Shown here one piece after another: positions 54,235-63,337 of a stretch of DNA of 64,000 nt. Each line of letters starts with the position of its first letter. Position 1 is the first letter of the stretch. The notes below the pieces were generated by a model. It did not search any database. It had not been told where the DNA came from and worked only from the letters and a program-made list of their open reading frames with translations. The translations under genes and the position numbers were made by a program. Source of the stretch: a virus (Duplodnaviria; Caudoviricetes); the IMG/VR virus record IMGVR_UViG_3300042542_006078; one strand, given 5' to 3'.

Positions 54235-55089
54235 TCACTTCTTTTCTTTATTTTGTATGATTTCATTTTTTTTCTTTGGGAAAAATAATTTCTTTTTGAT
54301 AATCTTGCATTTTTCCATGTTTTGGTTTGAAACACTTTTTAAGAATGTGCGGATTCCTTCCTTGCCTTCTTTCGTGAATATATTATTCAATATCTTATAT
54401 TTGTCATCAAAGTTATTTCCCTTGTAATCAAACCAACTATTCTTGACAAATTTTTTATTTAGTGTTTCTATGCCGTCCTCAAGTAATGCTCTGGCAGAGC
54501 TTTCTCCAGATGTCATTTCCCTGATTTCATATTGCATTTTTCTTGGAAGTATAATTATTTGTGCATATGGTTCATTTTTTCGGAAAATATATGTTTGTCC
54601 CGGCATCGGATTTTTGAATACAACAAAAAATATTTTGGGCCACATGCTTGTGTTGAGATGGCCGGGAATGGCTAGTGGAACGGTGTATGTTTCATCTGTG
54701 TAAAACCTTGGATGCGGTTCTATGCGAAGAATGTAGTCTTCAGGAGCTTCGATGTCCAAACAAGATGTCATTCCAAAGTGACCGGGAGCAAAGCTAGAAA
54801 ATGGAGGAGTGACACTTTTGGGTATTTTCTTGCTTTCTTCCGAAAAATCACCAAAAAATTTCACTTCACCCTCAACCATTTTGACATGACATTCGGTGTC
54901 AAAAGCGTAAAAAAGCTCAAGACCGTATGTTGAACCTTCAACAAAAGGTATGCAATGCCAAGGTTGTGGAACATCGCCGTTTCTATGTTGATTTTGTTCT
55001 CCAGACCATCCCGGTATCTGGAGACGAATTGGTCTAGGTGGCTCACCCTGATACCAAGATCTGTATTTAAGCAACATTTTTTCCATCAA
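54235..55089 (-). CDS. DUF6065-like protein
   Basis: WHCIPF..GSTYGLEL and IFRKNEPYAQIIILPR recall DUF6065. Confidence 0.45.
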   Translation of the reverse strand: MMEKMLLKYRSWYQGEPPRPIRLQIPGWSGEQNQHRNGDVPQPWHCIPFVEGSTYGLELFYAFDTECHVKMVEGEVKFFGDFSEESKKIPKSVTPPFSSFAPGHFGMTSCLDIEAPEDYILRIEPHPRFYTDETYTVPLAIPGHLNTSMWPKIFFVVFKNPMPGQTYIFRKNEPYAQIIILPRKMQYEIREMTSGESSARALLEDGIETLNKKFVKNSWFDYKGNNFDDKYKILNNIFTKEGKEGIRTFLKSVSNQNMEKCKIIKKKLFFPKKKNEIIQNKEKK

Positions 55090-55116
55090 TAAAACCTACA
55101 TAAATAAGGAGAAAAG

Positions 55117-56103
55117 ATGAAACCAGATTCAGGATCACATCAACAACGACCTTACGATCAATGCAATGAAATTGCAAGTGTTCCCGATCCCATTCTAGAT
55201 CAACCGCCACCTTTTTGCGATCCCGATTCCAATCCAAATCTGAGAAGTGTAAATGATGAAAGCATGAACTGGCTTAAAGACCAGACTATGAAAAAAACAG
55301 GTTTCGGGGCAAATGCAAATAGCGATCCAATGCAAAAGGGTAAAATACTCAATGACCCGGATGCAAATAATCGTGCTGTACTTTATCGCTATTCAAGAGG
55401 TCTTCGTGGAAGCGACGAGGCCATGCTGGACCTTTTCAGGAATGTCATTGTGATTGACGAAGACGGCAAGGCTTGGCCAGTACCAATAATGCTTGGTCCT
55501 CCTGAAAAAGCTGTTGCTGCTATGATTCAGGAAAATGTAAGAAAAGATGAAACTCTTGTTGTTAACCGTATTAGACTTCCAATGATGGCAATGACACAAA
55601 CCAACATTGAATATGATATTAATAGATACACATATCATAAGGCTCTCAATTATTTCTTGGACGAAGAAGGAAAACCGTCAATAACACAGAGCGAAAGATA
55701 CAAAAAAGATACAATTTTTGGATTTGCGAGGGGTATTCCTGTCAATATGGGGTACACCGTAACTGCTTGGACACTGTATAGAGAAGACATGAACCAAATA
55801 GTAGAGCAAATAATGACAAAATTTAGCCAAGTCGCATATATAAGAGTGACTGGTGTACCATGGGAAGTGATTGTCAAATTAGACTCTGTTGCCAACAACC
55901 TGAACAATGAGCCGGGAGATCAGCAAATTAGAGTAATAAAATATGAATTTAATATGACGGCACAAACATATATACCACAACCAATCGAACGCAAGAAGGC
56001 TGTTCTGAGTGCTAAAGTTGATTTTGTTGACGGATTGACAGATGAAACTGTAACAGAAGTTTTGGCGAGAATTGAACAGTCAGTAAAGGAATTAGAATGC
56101 TAG
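55117..56103 (+). CDS. gp15: Tail terminator/sheath stabiliser, T4 gp15-like
   Basis: VPIMLG..EK, RLPMM, YDINR, PVNMGYTV..W..DMNQIVEQI; directly upstream of sheath. Confidence 0.75.
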   Translation: MKPDSGSHQQRPYDQCNEIASVPDPILDQPPPFCDPDSNPNLRSVNDESMNWLKDQTMKKTGFGANANSDPMQKGKILNDPDANNRAVLYRYSRGLRGSDEAMLDLFRNVIVIDEDGKAWPVPIMLGPPEKAVAAMIQENVRKDETLVVNRIRLPMMAMTQTNIEYDINRYTYHKALNYFLDEEGKPSITQSERYKKDTIFGFARGIPVNMGYTVTAWTLYREDMNQIVEQIMTKFSQVAYIRVTGVPWEVIVKLDSVANNLNNEPGDQQIRVIKYEFNMTAQTYIPQPIERKKAVLSAKVDFVDGLTDETVTEVLARIEQSVKELEC

Positions 56104-56318
56104 AAATAACGAATAAGAAAAGGCATCCTGTGCAATTGATCATTAGGTCTAGGAGAGCCATTAAATCTTTCACTACATTAAACCTTCCCGGCGTTGGTGC
56201 AGGAAAAAATGTTTTAGTTTTGGAAGATGAAAGATCAACACCATATATAGATAGAGCAGAAAAAGATGGATTGATTTCCATAAGGCATATAACAAACAAG
56301 TTACGAAAGGGAGAATAA
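56097..56318 (+). CDS. Small hypothetical protein
   Basis: Overlapping operon position. Confidence 0.6.
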   Translation: MLEITNKKRHPVQLIIRSRRAIKSFTTLNLPGVGAGKNVLVLEDERSTPYIDRAEKDGLISIRHITNKLRKGE

Positions 56319-56322
56319 GACT

Positions 56323-58683
56323 ATGGCAATTCTTAAAGGTTTTCCACCATCTAACACTATCAGCCCAAGCGTTAGAATTGCAGAAAAAGACCTGAGCTTC
56401 ATTGCGCCTGAGCAATCTACACATGTTGCTGGTTTGGTTGGTTTCGCCTCTAAGGGTCCAATCAACCTTCCCATTTCTGTTAGCACCTCTCGCCAATTGC
56501 ACACTATATTTGGCAATCCTCATCCTGATACCAGCGATCCATTTCTTCTTTATGCAGCAGACCAGTATCTTTTGGTTTCCAATACCCTTTATGTGGTTCG
56601 TGTTGCTGATACAGATCCGGTAAGCGATGAGCAAGCTCTCACCGCTAGTGTTGATGTGCCTGCTGCTGGTACAATTATCGAAATTATATCTGACACTGCT
56701 GGCCCATACACTTTTGATGAAGACAGCTTCTTCCGATGGAAACTCAACGATTCTCTCTCAGATAAGACTCTTGTTGTTTTGGCAGGAATTTACTCTGTGA
56801 CTGAATTGGTTTCCGAGTTGAACAATCAGATTGATACGCAATTAGACGGAATTGAATTCTACGAGAGCGACACCAATACAATCGCTGTTCAAACCGTTTG
56901 GGCCTATGGTCCAGATGCCAGCTTGGAATTTGTGTCAATTCAAAACGCCATCTACGGTGGCGCTGTTTCTGACGGCTTATCAATTCGTGACAACCCAACT
57001 GGTTTGGGCACTGGTATGACCCGTGCCTCTGTGACCGGATCAGCAGATCGTTATCCAGCAAACGGCTATACCGCTTCTGGACACTACGATCTATCAGGAT
57101 TCACAGATCCTGTTATCGAGATCGTGATTGACGGTACTGACAACATTCTGATTGATCAGGTTGTTCAGACAATCACTTTCGCTGCTGGCGCAAACTATTC
57201 AAATATCGGTGACATCGTGACTGATATCAACGATCAGAAAACTGAAAACGGCGGTACACTACCCGGTGGTTGGACAGCAGTTGCTTCAGGATTCTCTTTG
57301 AGATTTGTTACAAATGCTCACGGTGCCGATTCTCGACTCTACATTAAGCCAGCAAGCGTTTCTGCTTTCGGCCTCAGCACCACCACCAAGTCAGGAACAA
57401 CTCCTTCCGGCGAAAGTGGCGCAATTGATATTGAAACTTTGGGTTTGGTAACTGGCGGTGCAAATACAGGTGGCGATGTAACATTCACCATCAACGCTGA
57501 TTCTCCCGGTATCGATGGGAATGACACTCAGGTTGTAATTAAAAACGATATCTATGACAACAATTTCACAGTTGAGATTTATACCAATTCTGTGCAAGTT
57601 GAATCATGGGGAGGCCTTACCAAGGATGATGCAAGCCGCTTCTATGTTGAAACCTATCTTGCTCTAGTAAGCGATTATATCAGAGTATTGGACGACACTG
57701 CAATTGCAGCCGCTCCCGCAGATGGCACCTACACCTTGACAGGTGGATCAGATGGTATCCCCGCTGACCCAGATCAACAAGATGTTCTCCTGATGGGAAG
57801 CCCTGTTGGCTTCACAGGCATCTATACCTTGAGCGAACCAGAACAGGTTAACATCGACCTTATCGCTGTTCCCGGTCACTCAAGCACAGCAGTCGTTCAG
57901 GAACTTCTCGCTTTCTGCCGTGATTATCGTCAGGATTGCCTAGCAATTATCGACGCACCATTCGGCTTGACTGTGAAAGAAGTTGTATCGTGGCAGAACG
58001 GCGCACATCCTCTTAACAATGTTCGCTTTGATAGCGACTTTGGCGCACTTTACTGGCCATGGGTTAAGATTTATGACTCCTACAACAAGGTTGATGTTTG
58101 GTGTCCTCCTAGTGGCTCCATCATGGCTGTTATCGCTCGTAGCGATTTTCTTGGCGCTCCTTGGTTTGCCCCAGCCGGTTTGACCCGTGGTATTGTCCCC
58201 AATATTACCGATGTCTACAATCGTCCAACTTTGGAAGAGCGTGACCTTATGTACGGCAATCGCAACTGCGTGAACCCAATCGTTCAGTTCCCTGATGTGA
58301 ATGGTTTCGTGGTCTTCGGACAGAAGACTTTGCAGCGTATGCCGACTGCTCTGGACCGAGTAAATGTTCGTCGTCTCATGTTTTACATCGAGAAGGCAAT
58401 TCGCACCGCAAGCCGTGCTTTGCTGTTTGATCCAAATGATGAAGTTTTCCGCTCAAGGTTCGTGTCTTTGGCCGACAATATCTTGAAAAATGTTCAAGTT
58501 GGTCGTGGCCTAACTGCTTATATCATTAAGGCCGATGCCGAATTGAACACGCCGGATGTCGTTGACCGAAATGAATTCCGTGCAAGAATTGGTATTCAAC
58601 CAACCCGTGCCGCTGAATTTATGTTTATTGAGTTTTCAATCCATAGAACTGGCAGCTTCGCAGCAGGAGCCGAAACATTCTAA
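56323..58683 (+). CDS. gp18: Tail sheath protein, T4 gp18-like
   Basis: SPSVRIAEKDLS, GFASKGP, YWPW, WFAPAG..RG, FGQKT..ALDRVNVRRL, EFMFIEF. Confidence 0.97.
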   Translation: MAILKGFPPSNTISPSVRIAEKDLSFIAPEQSTHVAGLVGFASKGPINLPISVSTSRQLHTIFGNPHPDTSDPFLLYAADQYLLVSNTLYVVRVADTDPVSDEQALTASVDVPAAGTIIEIISDTAGPYTFDEDSFFRWKLNDSLSDKTLVVLAGIYSVTELVSELNNQIDTQLDGIEFYESDTNTIAVQTVWAYGPDASLEFVSIQNAIYGGAVSDGLSIRDNPTGLGTGMTRASVTGSADRYPANGYTASGHYDLSGFTDPVIEIVIDGTDNILIDQVVQTITFAAGANYSNIGDIVTDINDQKTENGGTLPGGWTAVASGFSLRFVTNAHGADSRLYIKPASVSAFGLSTTTKSGTTPSGESGAIDIETLGLVTGGANTGGDVTFTINADSPGIDGNDTQVVIKNDIYDNNFTVEIYTNSVQVESWGGLTKDDASRFYVETYLALVSDYIRVLDDTAIAAAPADGTYTLTGGSDGIPADPDQQDVLLMGSPVGFTGIYTLSEPEQVNIDLIAVPGHSSTAVVQELLAFCRDYRQDCLAIIDAPFGLTVKEVVSWQNGAHPLNNVRFDSDFGALYWPWVKIYDSYNKVDVWCPPSGSIMAVIARSDFLGAPWFAPAGLTRGIVPNITDVYNRPTLEERDLMYGNRNCVNPIVQFPDVNGFVVFGQKTLQRMPTALDRVNVRRLMFYIEKAIRTASRALLFDPNDEVFRSRFVSLADNILKNVQVGRGLTAYIIKADAELNTPDVVDRNEFRARIGIQPTRAAEFMFIEFSIHRTGSFAAGAETF

Positions 58684-58712
58684 GTTGAAATAATTTTTAC
58701 AAGGAGAATAAG

Positions 58713-59306
58713 ATGGCTATAATTGGTGGAAATATGGGCCTTGATAAAATCGGCGGGCCAGCGATTGTTTTCAAGCGCAAGTACAGATGGACATTTGATG
58801 TTCAATGGAACAACCAAATTGTTCCCAGTGCATTCGTGAAAGTTGCAAGCCGCCCCAATCTCACGATTGAGGAAACTGAAATTAACTATCTTCACGGCAA
58901 GATGTGGATTCCCGGCAAAGGTAGTTGGGAATCTATCACCGTGACCTACTATGATATCGGTGGTGCTGGCGCTGGTGGTATGCAGACTCTGTGGAACTGG
59001 CTTGCATCCGTTTACAACTTCACCGACCCTAATAGCCTTTCGCAGACATCACGAAGAGGCAATGACGGAACAGAAGGTGGTTGGGCTGCTGTTGGCACAT
59101 TGAGTATGTACGATGGTACTGGTGCGACTATGGAAACATGGGAATTAAAGAACATGTGGCCAACCGCTGTTAACTTTGGCGACCTCGACTATAGTAGCTC
59201 CGAAGAAGCAAGTCTTGAGTTGACTCTCAGATTTAGCGAAGCTAGATACACACCATCTTGCGGAATCAACAGACCAGTTCCAAGCAAGATCGGTTGCAAC
59301 GCCTAA
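58713..59306 (+). CDS. gp19: Tail tube protein, T4 gp19-like
   Basis: KRKYRW, RPNLTIEE, W.L.NMWPTAVNFGDLDYSS; follows sheath. Confidence 0.9.
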   Translation: MAIIGGNMGLDKIGGPAIVFKRKYRWTFDVQWNNQIVPSAFVKVASRPNLTIEETEINYLHGKMWIPGKGSWESITVTYYDIGGAGAGGMQTLWNWLASVYNFTDPNSLSQTSRRGNDGTEGGWAAVGTLSMYDGTGATMETWELKNMWPTAVNFGDLDYSSSEEASLELTLRFSEARYTPSCGINRPVPSKIGCNA

Positions 59307-59331
59307 ATATAAAACTAAAATTTCGATTTTG

Positions 59332-59362
59332 GGCCTCGTATATAAAGTACGAGGCCTTTTTT
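59332..59362 (+). terminator. Intrinsic terminator after first tail-tube gene
   Basis: ggcctcgta-tataaag-tacgaggcc-tttttt. Confidence 0.85.
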
Positions 59363-59378
59363 ATTTATTGGGGTTTTA

Positions 59379-59888
59379 ATGGCTCAACAAATGGGTTGGT
59401 TTGACGATTTTGGTTTATCGCAAGCTGATGGATGTTTCAAAAGAAAAAATAGATGGCTGCTTAAAATCGATAACATAAGCGCACAAGGAATTAATGCTTT
59501 GCCTCCTCAAAAGGCTTCTAGGCCATCTGTTTCCTTCAAAGAGCTTTCAATGGAGCATTTGAATGAGACTATTTATTATCCCGGCAAACCCGAGTGGAAG
59601 CCGATTACATTGACTCTTTATGACCTTAAAAAAAATAGCAACCCAGTTCTTGGTTGGATTAATCAAATTTATGACACGGGCACAGAGCAGTGGAATGCAT
59701 CAGCAGATGGTTTCAAAAAAGATGCTTATTTAGAATTGTATGATGGTACTGGAGAAACATTAGAGTCTTGGCTTCTTGTGGCCGCTTGGCCACAAGACAT
59801 CAATTTTGGTGATCTAGACATGGGAACAAGCGAGGTTGTAACTGTTGATGTCACATTAAGATATGACAGGGCCGTCTCATTGGTTTAA
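59379..59888 (+). CDS. Second tail-tube-fold protein
   Basis: KRKNRW, RPSVSF, W.L.AAWPQDINFGDLD, VTLRYD. Confidence 0.85.
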   Translation: MAQQMGWFDDFGLSQADGCFKRKNRWLLKIDNISAQGINALPPQKASRPSVSFKELSMEHLNETIYYPGKPEWKPITLTLYDLKKNSNPVLGWINQIYDTGTEQWNASADGFKKDAYLELYDGTGETLESWLLVAAWPQDINFGDLDMGTSEVVTVDVTLRYDRAVSLV

Positions 59889-60178
59889 TCTTCTTCTAAA
59901 ATTTCAACTTTAAGTTCTGATTTCAATATTTCTTGACACGCCTTCAGAGAATCTTCAAGTTCTTTGGGTTTGCACTTTAGAACCCTACATGCACCACTTT
60001 TATTGAGACGACCTTTCTTGGTGTATACCTTTGCATCATGTAGAAGGAATGCATCAACTATTTTTCCATAACCAGAGTCAATCAGTTTTTGTATCAATTC
60101 TTGATTTTCTATCTGATCAAATAGACTTTTACCTTGATTTGTCATATAACCTGCTTTTTCAAAAAAAATAAGAGACAA
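59885..60178 (-). CDS. Hypothetical protein, possible HTH
   Basis: RLNKSGACRVLKCKPKEL. Confidence 0.6.
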   Translation of the reverse strand: MSLIFFEKAGYMTNQGKSLFDQIENQELIQKLIDSGYGKIVDAFLLHDAKVYTKKGRLNKSGACRVLKCKPKELEDSLKACQEILKSELKVEILEED

Positions 60179-60206
60179 AATATTTTATAAAAATTGATGA
60201 CGAATA

Positions 60207-60752
60207 TCAAGGATCACTAACGATATTGTGTCTTTTATACAAATTTTTTGTTTTAATGGGTGGTAATTTTTGATCAAGTTGAATTTGTATGAAGTCAAGA
60301 TATTTTCTTTTTAGTTCATTGTAGTTTCTTGCAGTCCTGTAAAGTTGACGGAAATGATTTAGAATACATGTTGTCATATAATTAAAAGCTTTGCCTTTTT
60401 CTGGATCAAAACGATCAATCTTTTCAAAACAGATCATGACTCCTTCCTGCACGGCATCATCTTGATCTATAAGATTAAACTTGGCATATCTGACTATATT
60501 TTCAGATAATGTATAAAAAGCTATTGCTAGTTGGTCCTGTGATTCTTGAAATTCGGATGAAATAATCTTAAATTCTTTTTCGGTCAATAACCAAGATTCA
60601 GGTTTTTTATATTTATCTTTTTTACCAACTCTGTTTTGCGTTTCTATAATATCATCCATGAAAAGTTGATATTTAACTCTTTCCTTTTTTGTTTTTTGGA
60701 AATGGACGATAAGCGATTCAAATGTCTTGTTATTCAAATATTCTGTCGCCAT
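60207..60752 (-). CDS. gp55: Phage late sigma factor, T4 gp55-like (sigma region 2)
   Basis: AAGGAG RBS; YLNNK N-terminus; DDAVQEGV..CF..IDRFDPEKGKAFNYMT..I.N.F.Q. Confidence 0.75.
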   Translation of the reverse strand: MATEYLNNKTFESLIVHFQKTKKERVKYQLFMDDIIETQNRVGKKDKYKKPESWLLTEKEFKIISSEFQESQDQLAIAFYTLSENIVRYAKFNLIDQDDAVQEGVMICFEKIDRFDPEKGKAFNYMTTCILNHFRQLYRTARNYNELKRKYLDFIQIQLDQKLPPIKTKNLYKRHNIVSDP

Positions 60753-60782
60753 TTATCTCCTTTATAGTGCTTATAATATTTT

Positions 60783-61001
60783 ATGGAAATATCACAAATT
60801 TTTGCTTCCATGTTGGACAAACCAGATGCTCCCAAATTTTATAGGGAACTTCAATCGTACTATCAAAAAAAGAACTTGAATGACGAAGCGTTAGCCATAG
60901 GTTTTTTATTAGAGAACAAATTTGGAAAAAATAATGAACAGTCCTCTGACGGTGAACATGTTAGTGAGGAACAATCAAGAAACAATTCAGAATTTTCTTG
61001 A
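60783..61001 (+). CDS. Small hypothetical protein
   Basis: ORF track. Confidence 0.55.
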   Translation: MEISQIFASMLDKPDAPKFYRELQSYYQKKNLNDEALAIGFLLENKFGKNNEQSSDGEHVSEEQSRNNSEFS

Positions 61002-61899
61002 TTCAACCAAAGAAATTAAATTCAATTTATTGGTTGGCGATTTAGGTTCGTCAGACAAAACAATTGATATATTGGCTCAAAAAGGCGCAAAAATAATTAA
61101 ATTGGCAGGATGCGAAGATTTTGCAAAAGCTCGAAATGAATTAATTTCCCAGACAAAAACAGATTGGATTCTACAATTAGAACCATATGAAAGTTTTCTT
61201 TCTGGATTAGAAATTATAAAAAATGCTGTTGCTGGCCCTGCTTATTCTTATAACTTTGGTGTCATGCAGGGTGATATAATAACAAGACAAACCAGATTGT
61301 GGCACAAATCAATTGGACTCAAATTTACTAACCCTGTGTATGAAACCATCGAAAATGAATCGAATTTTATAAATGTTTTCTTATCTTCTGCAAATAATCA
61401 AAACTATTCTTACATTAAAGAATTGACTAAAAAATGGCATGAAAGACAACCTTTGTTGCCAGACCCTGTCTATTATATGGCTTGCAATGAATTGCTAGAT
61501 AAAAATTGGGACTCATTTATAAATTATGCTGATTTATATTTACACCAACAAAAAAAACCAACAATATCATACTATATGACTCATTACTATATGTCAATGG
61601 TTCTGTGTTACATGAAAAAAGACTATAAAAATTCTTTGAATCACATAGTAAACTGTATTATAAAAAAGCCTACAATGGCTGAATTTTGGTGTATGCTGGC
61701 AGATATATTTTACGCAATTAAACAATATGACAAGGCTTTTTCTTTCTATAATAACGCAAAAATACTTGGCTCAAGAAGATTGGCAGCATGCGATTGGCCA
61801 ATGGAAATATCCAAGTATGATCAATACCCTACCAAAATGATTGATTCATGTAAAAAAATGATGAAAAATACAACTTTGTATTACAAAAATTCAGAATAA
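60934..61899 (+). CDS. GT2-fold + TPR-like glycosyltransferase
   Basis: MLVRNNQETI, DLGSSDKTI, DFAKARN, helical C-terminus (track start 60922). Confidence 0.75.
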   Translation: MNSPLTVNMLVRNNQETIQNFLDSTKEIKFNLLVGDLGSSDKTIDILAQKGAKIIKLAGCEDFAKARNELISQTKTDWILQLEPYESFLSGLEIIKNAVAGPAYSYNFGVMQGDIITRQTRLWHKSIGLKFTNPVYETIENESNFINVFLSSANNQNYSYIKELTKKWHERQPLLPDPVYYMACNELLDKNWDSFINYADLYLHQQKKPTISYYMTHYYMSMVLCYMKKDYKNSLNHIVNCIIKKPTMAEFWCMLADIFYAIKQYDKAFSFYNNAKILGSRRLAACDWPMEISKYDQYPTKMIDSCKKMMKNTTLYYKNSE

Positions 61900-62271
61900 A
61901 ACATCAAGCTCGTTAACAATAACTGTCACCATGTCTTCATATCGTGCAATAGCAATTTGTTTCCGACCGCTTGGAAGTTTTTTGAGTTCCTTTTCCAAAT
62001 CTTCGGCTTTGCAATTAATTACACGCCAATTGTTTTCGGCAAGTTTCTTAGCTTCATCGTCAAGATTTGCGACAGATCGATTTGGAAAGTATTGCTGCAA
62101 TTGCTCCTTGGCCTCAGACATGACCTTTTTATAGATTGGAACATTGCAAGCGCAACCGGGATTGTTCAGATATTTTTGAATATCTGATGTAAAACTAGGA
62201 GGCAAGCTCTCACGGAACCTACTGTCACGGAGAGCTTGCTTTACATCCATTAGTCCAATTGGTCTACTCAT
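61891..62271 (-). CDS. Hypothetical protein (CAC motif)
   Basis: ORF track; overlapping operon. Confidence 0.7.
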   Translation of the reverse strand: MSRPIGLMDVKQALRDSRFRESLPPSFTSDIQKYLNNPGCACNVPIYKKVMSEAKEQLQQYFPNRSVANLDDEAKKLAENNWRVINCKAEDLEKELKKLPSGRKQIAIARYEDMVTVIVNELDVLF

Positions 62272-62572
62272 TTTTTTCTTCTATTTCCTCTTCTATTTCC
62301 TCTTCTACATTTTCAACTTTATAAGCCTTGACTGTGAAGCCGCAATTTGGGCATTTGAACATTTTTGTTCTTTTTTTATTTGGTGCGTTAACAGATTTTT
62401 TTTTCACAATATCAAGTTTTGGTATGTTTCTTGGTATGTCGCTTTGCTTTATTTGCAACAAATCACCGATGTCGTTTCCTTTGGAGAAACGCTTAAAGTG
62501 GCATTTGTTGCAATGCAAAACATATAGATTAGGATTTTCCTTCATTTGTCTCTTCAGATGGTAGATTGACAA
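62264..62572 (-). CDS. Zn-ribbon protein
   Basis: CNKC..CPNC. Confidence 0.7.
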   Translation of the reverse strand: MSIYHLKRQMKENPNLYVLHCNKCHFKRFSKGNDIGDLLQIKQSDIPRNIPKLDIVKKKSVNAPNKKRTKMFKCPNCGFTVKAYKVENVEEEIEEEIEEKNE

Positions 62573-62879
62573 TAGTTGCTGATTCTATCCAGTTCATAAT
62601 GACTGCTGCGAAGTTTGAAATGAAACCTCCTGCACAGCCACAGGCAAATATTTCAAATAGATTATTTGAAAGCCAAACCCAGCCCATAAAGAAGCCGCAC
62701 CAAGTGCCGCAACACAAGTAGCAATCGACTACTCCTCCAAGTTTTGGAACACGCATTTTGATTGAAATGCTTTTGACAAGATCCCGAAACCATTGAAGTA
62801 TTGATCCGTCCACAATGATATGTGACATTCCAATGGTGCTAATTAAAAACATAAAAAGTTCAACAAAATTCATGGTCAT
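62529..62879 (-). CDS. DUF1360-like membrane protein
   Basis: TM helices with VDCYLCCGTW; ATGA overlap with upstream gene. Confidence 0.55.
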   Translation of the reverse strand: MTMNFVELFMFLISTIGMSHIIVDGSILQWFRDLVKSISIKMRVPKLGGVVDCYLCCGTWCGFFMGWVWLSNNLFEIFACGCAGGFISNFAAVIMNWIESATIVNLPSEETNEGKS

Positions 62880-63235
62880 CTCCAAAATGTTGCCACAACT
62901 CCATCTTTGTTCATTGTGATACAGAAGTCCTTGAATTCTGTATACTTGCAAAGATCGTCGTGTTGTTCATTTGTAAAATTATAATGTTCGACTATGTTGG
63001 CATTCAACCTGCCAACAAATACTTGTTTTCCAAAATGATCTGTTAATCTTTGCAATTGTTCTTTTTCCAATCCATTCAGAACATTCATCAAACTTTTTTG
63101 TCCCAGTTGTCTAAGACCGGGAGACATTTGTGAAATTCTCCATGAATCAAAATCGTTTCTGAACTCAGGCAATAGTTCCCGAACATTTTTGTCAAGAAAA
63201 AACATTTCTTCTATATTCTGAAAGTTAATTTCCAT
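62876..63235 (-). CDS. Hypothetical protein
   Basis: ATG at 63235 (track start 63241). Confidence 0.65.
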   Translation of the reverse strand: MEINFQNIEEMFFLDKNVRELLPEFRNDFDSWRISQMSPGLRQLGQKSLMNVLNGLEKEQLQRLTDHFGKQVFVGRLNANIVEHYNFTNEQHDDLCKYTEFKDFCITMNKDGVVATFWR

Positions 63236-63289
63236 GTACAACTCTTAAAAAAATATTTCTTATACTATAATAGTAACGAAAACTAGACA

Positions 63290-63312
63290 ATCCGTCACTA
63301 AATGCAGGACGG
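63290..63312 (+). promoter_or_regulatory. CCGTC/GACGG leader hairpin
   Basis: ATCCGTCActaaatgcagGACGGgcgaa upstream of RBS and ATG at 63338. Confidence 0.55.
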
Positions 63313-63337
63313 GCGAACAAAAATCAGGAGTAAAAAA

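Noticed and set aside
3573-56035. Extra ATCCGTCA half-sites at 3573-3580, 37274-37281 and 56028-56035
   Set aside because: Inside CDSs and lacking the complementary arm, so not counted as leader hairpins.
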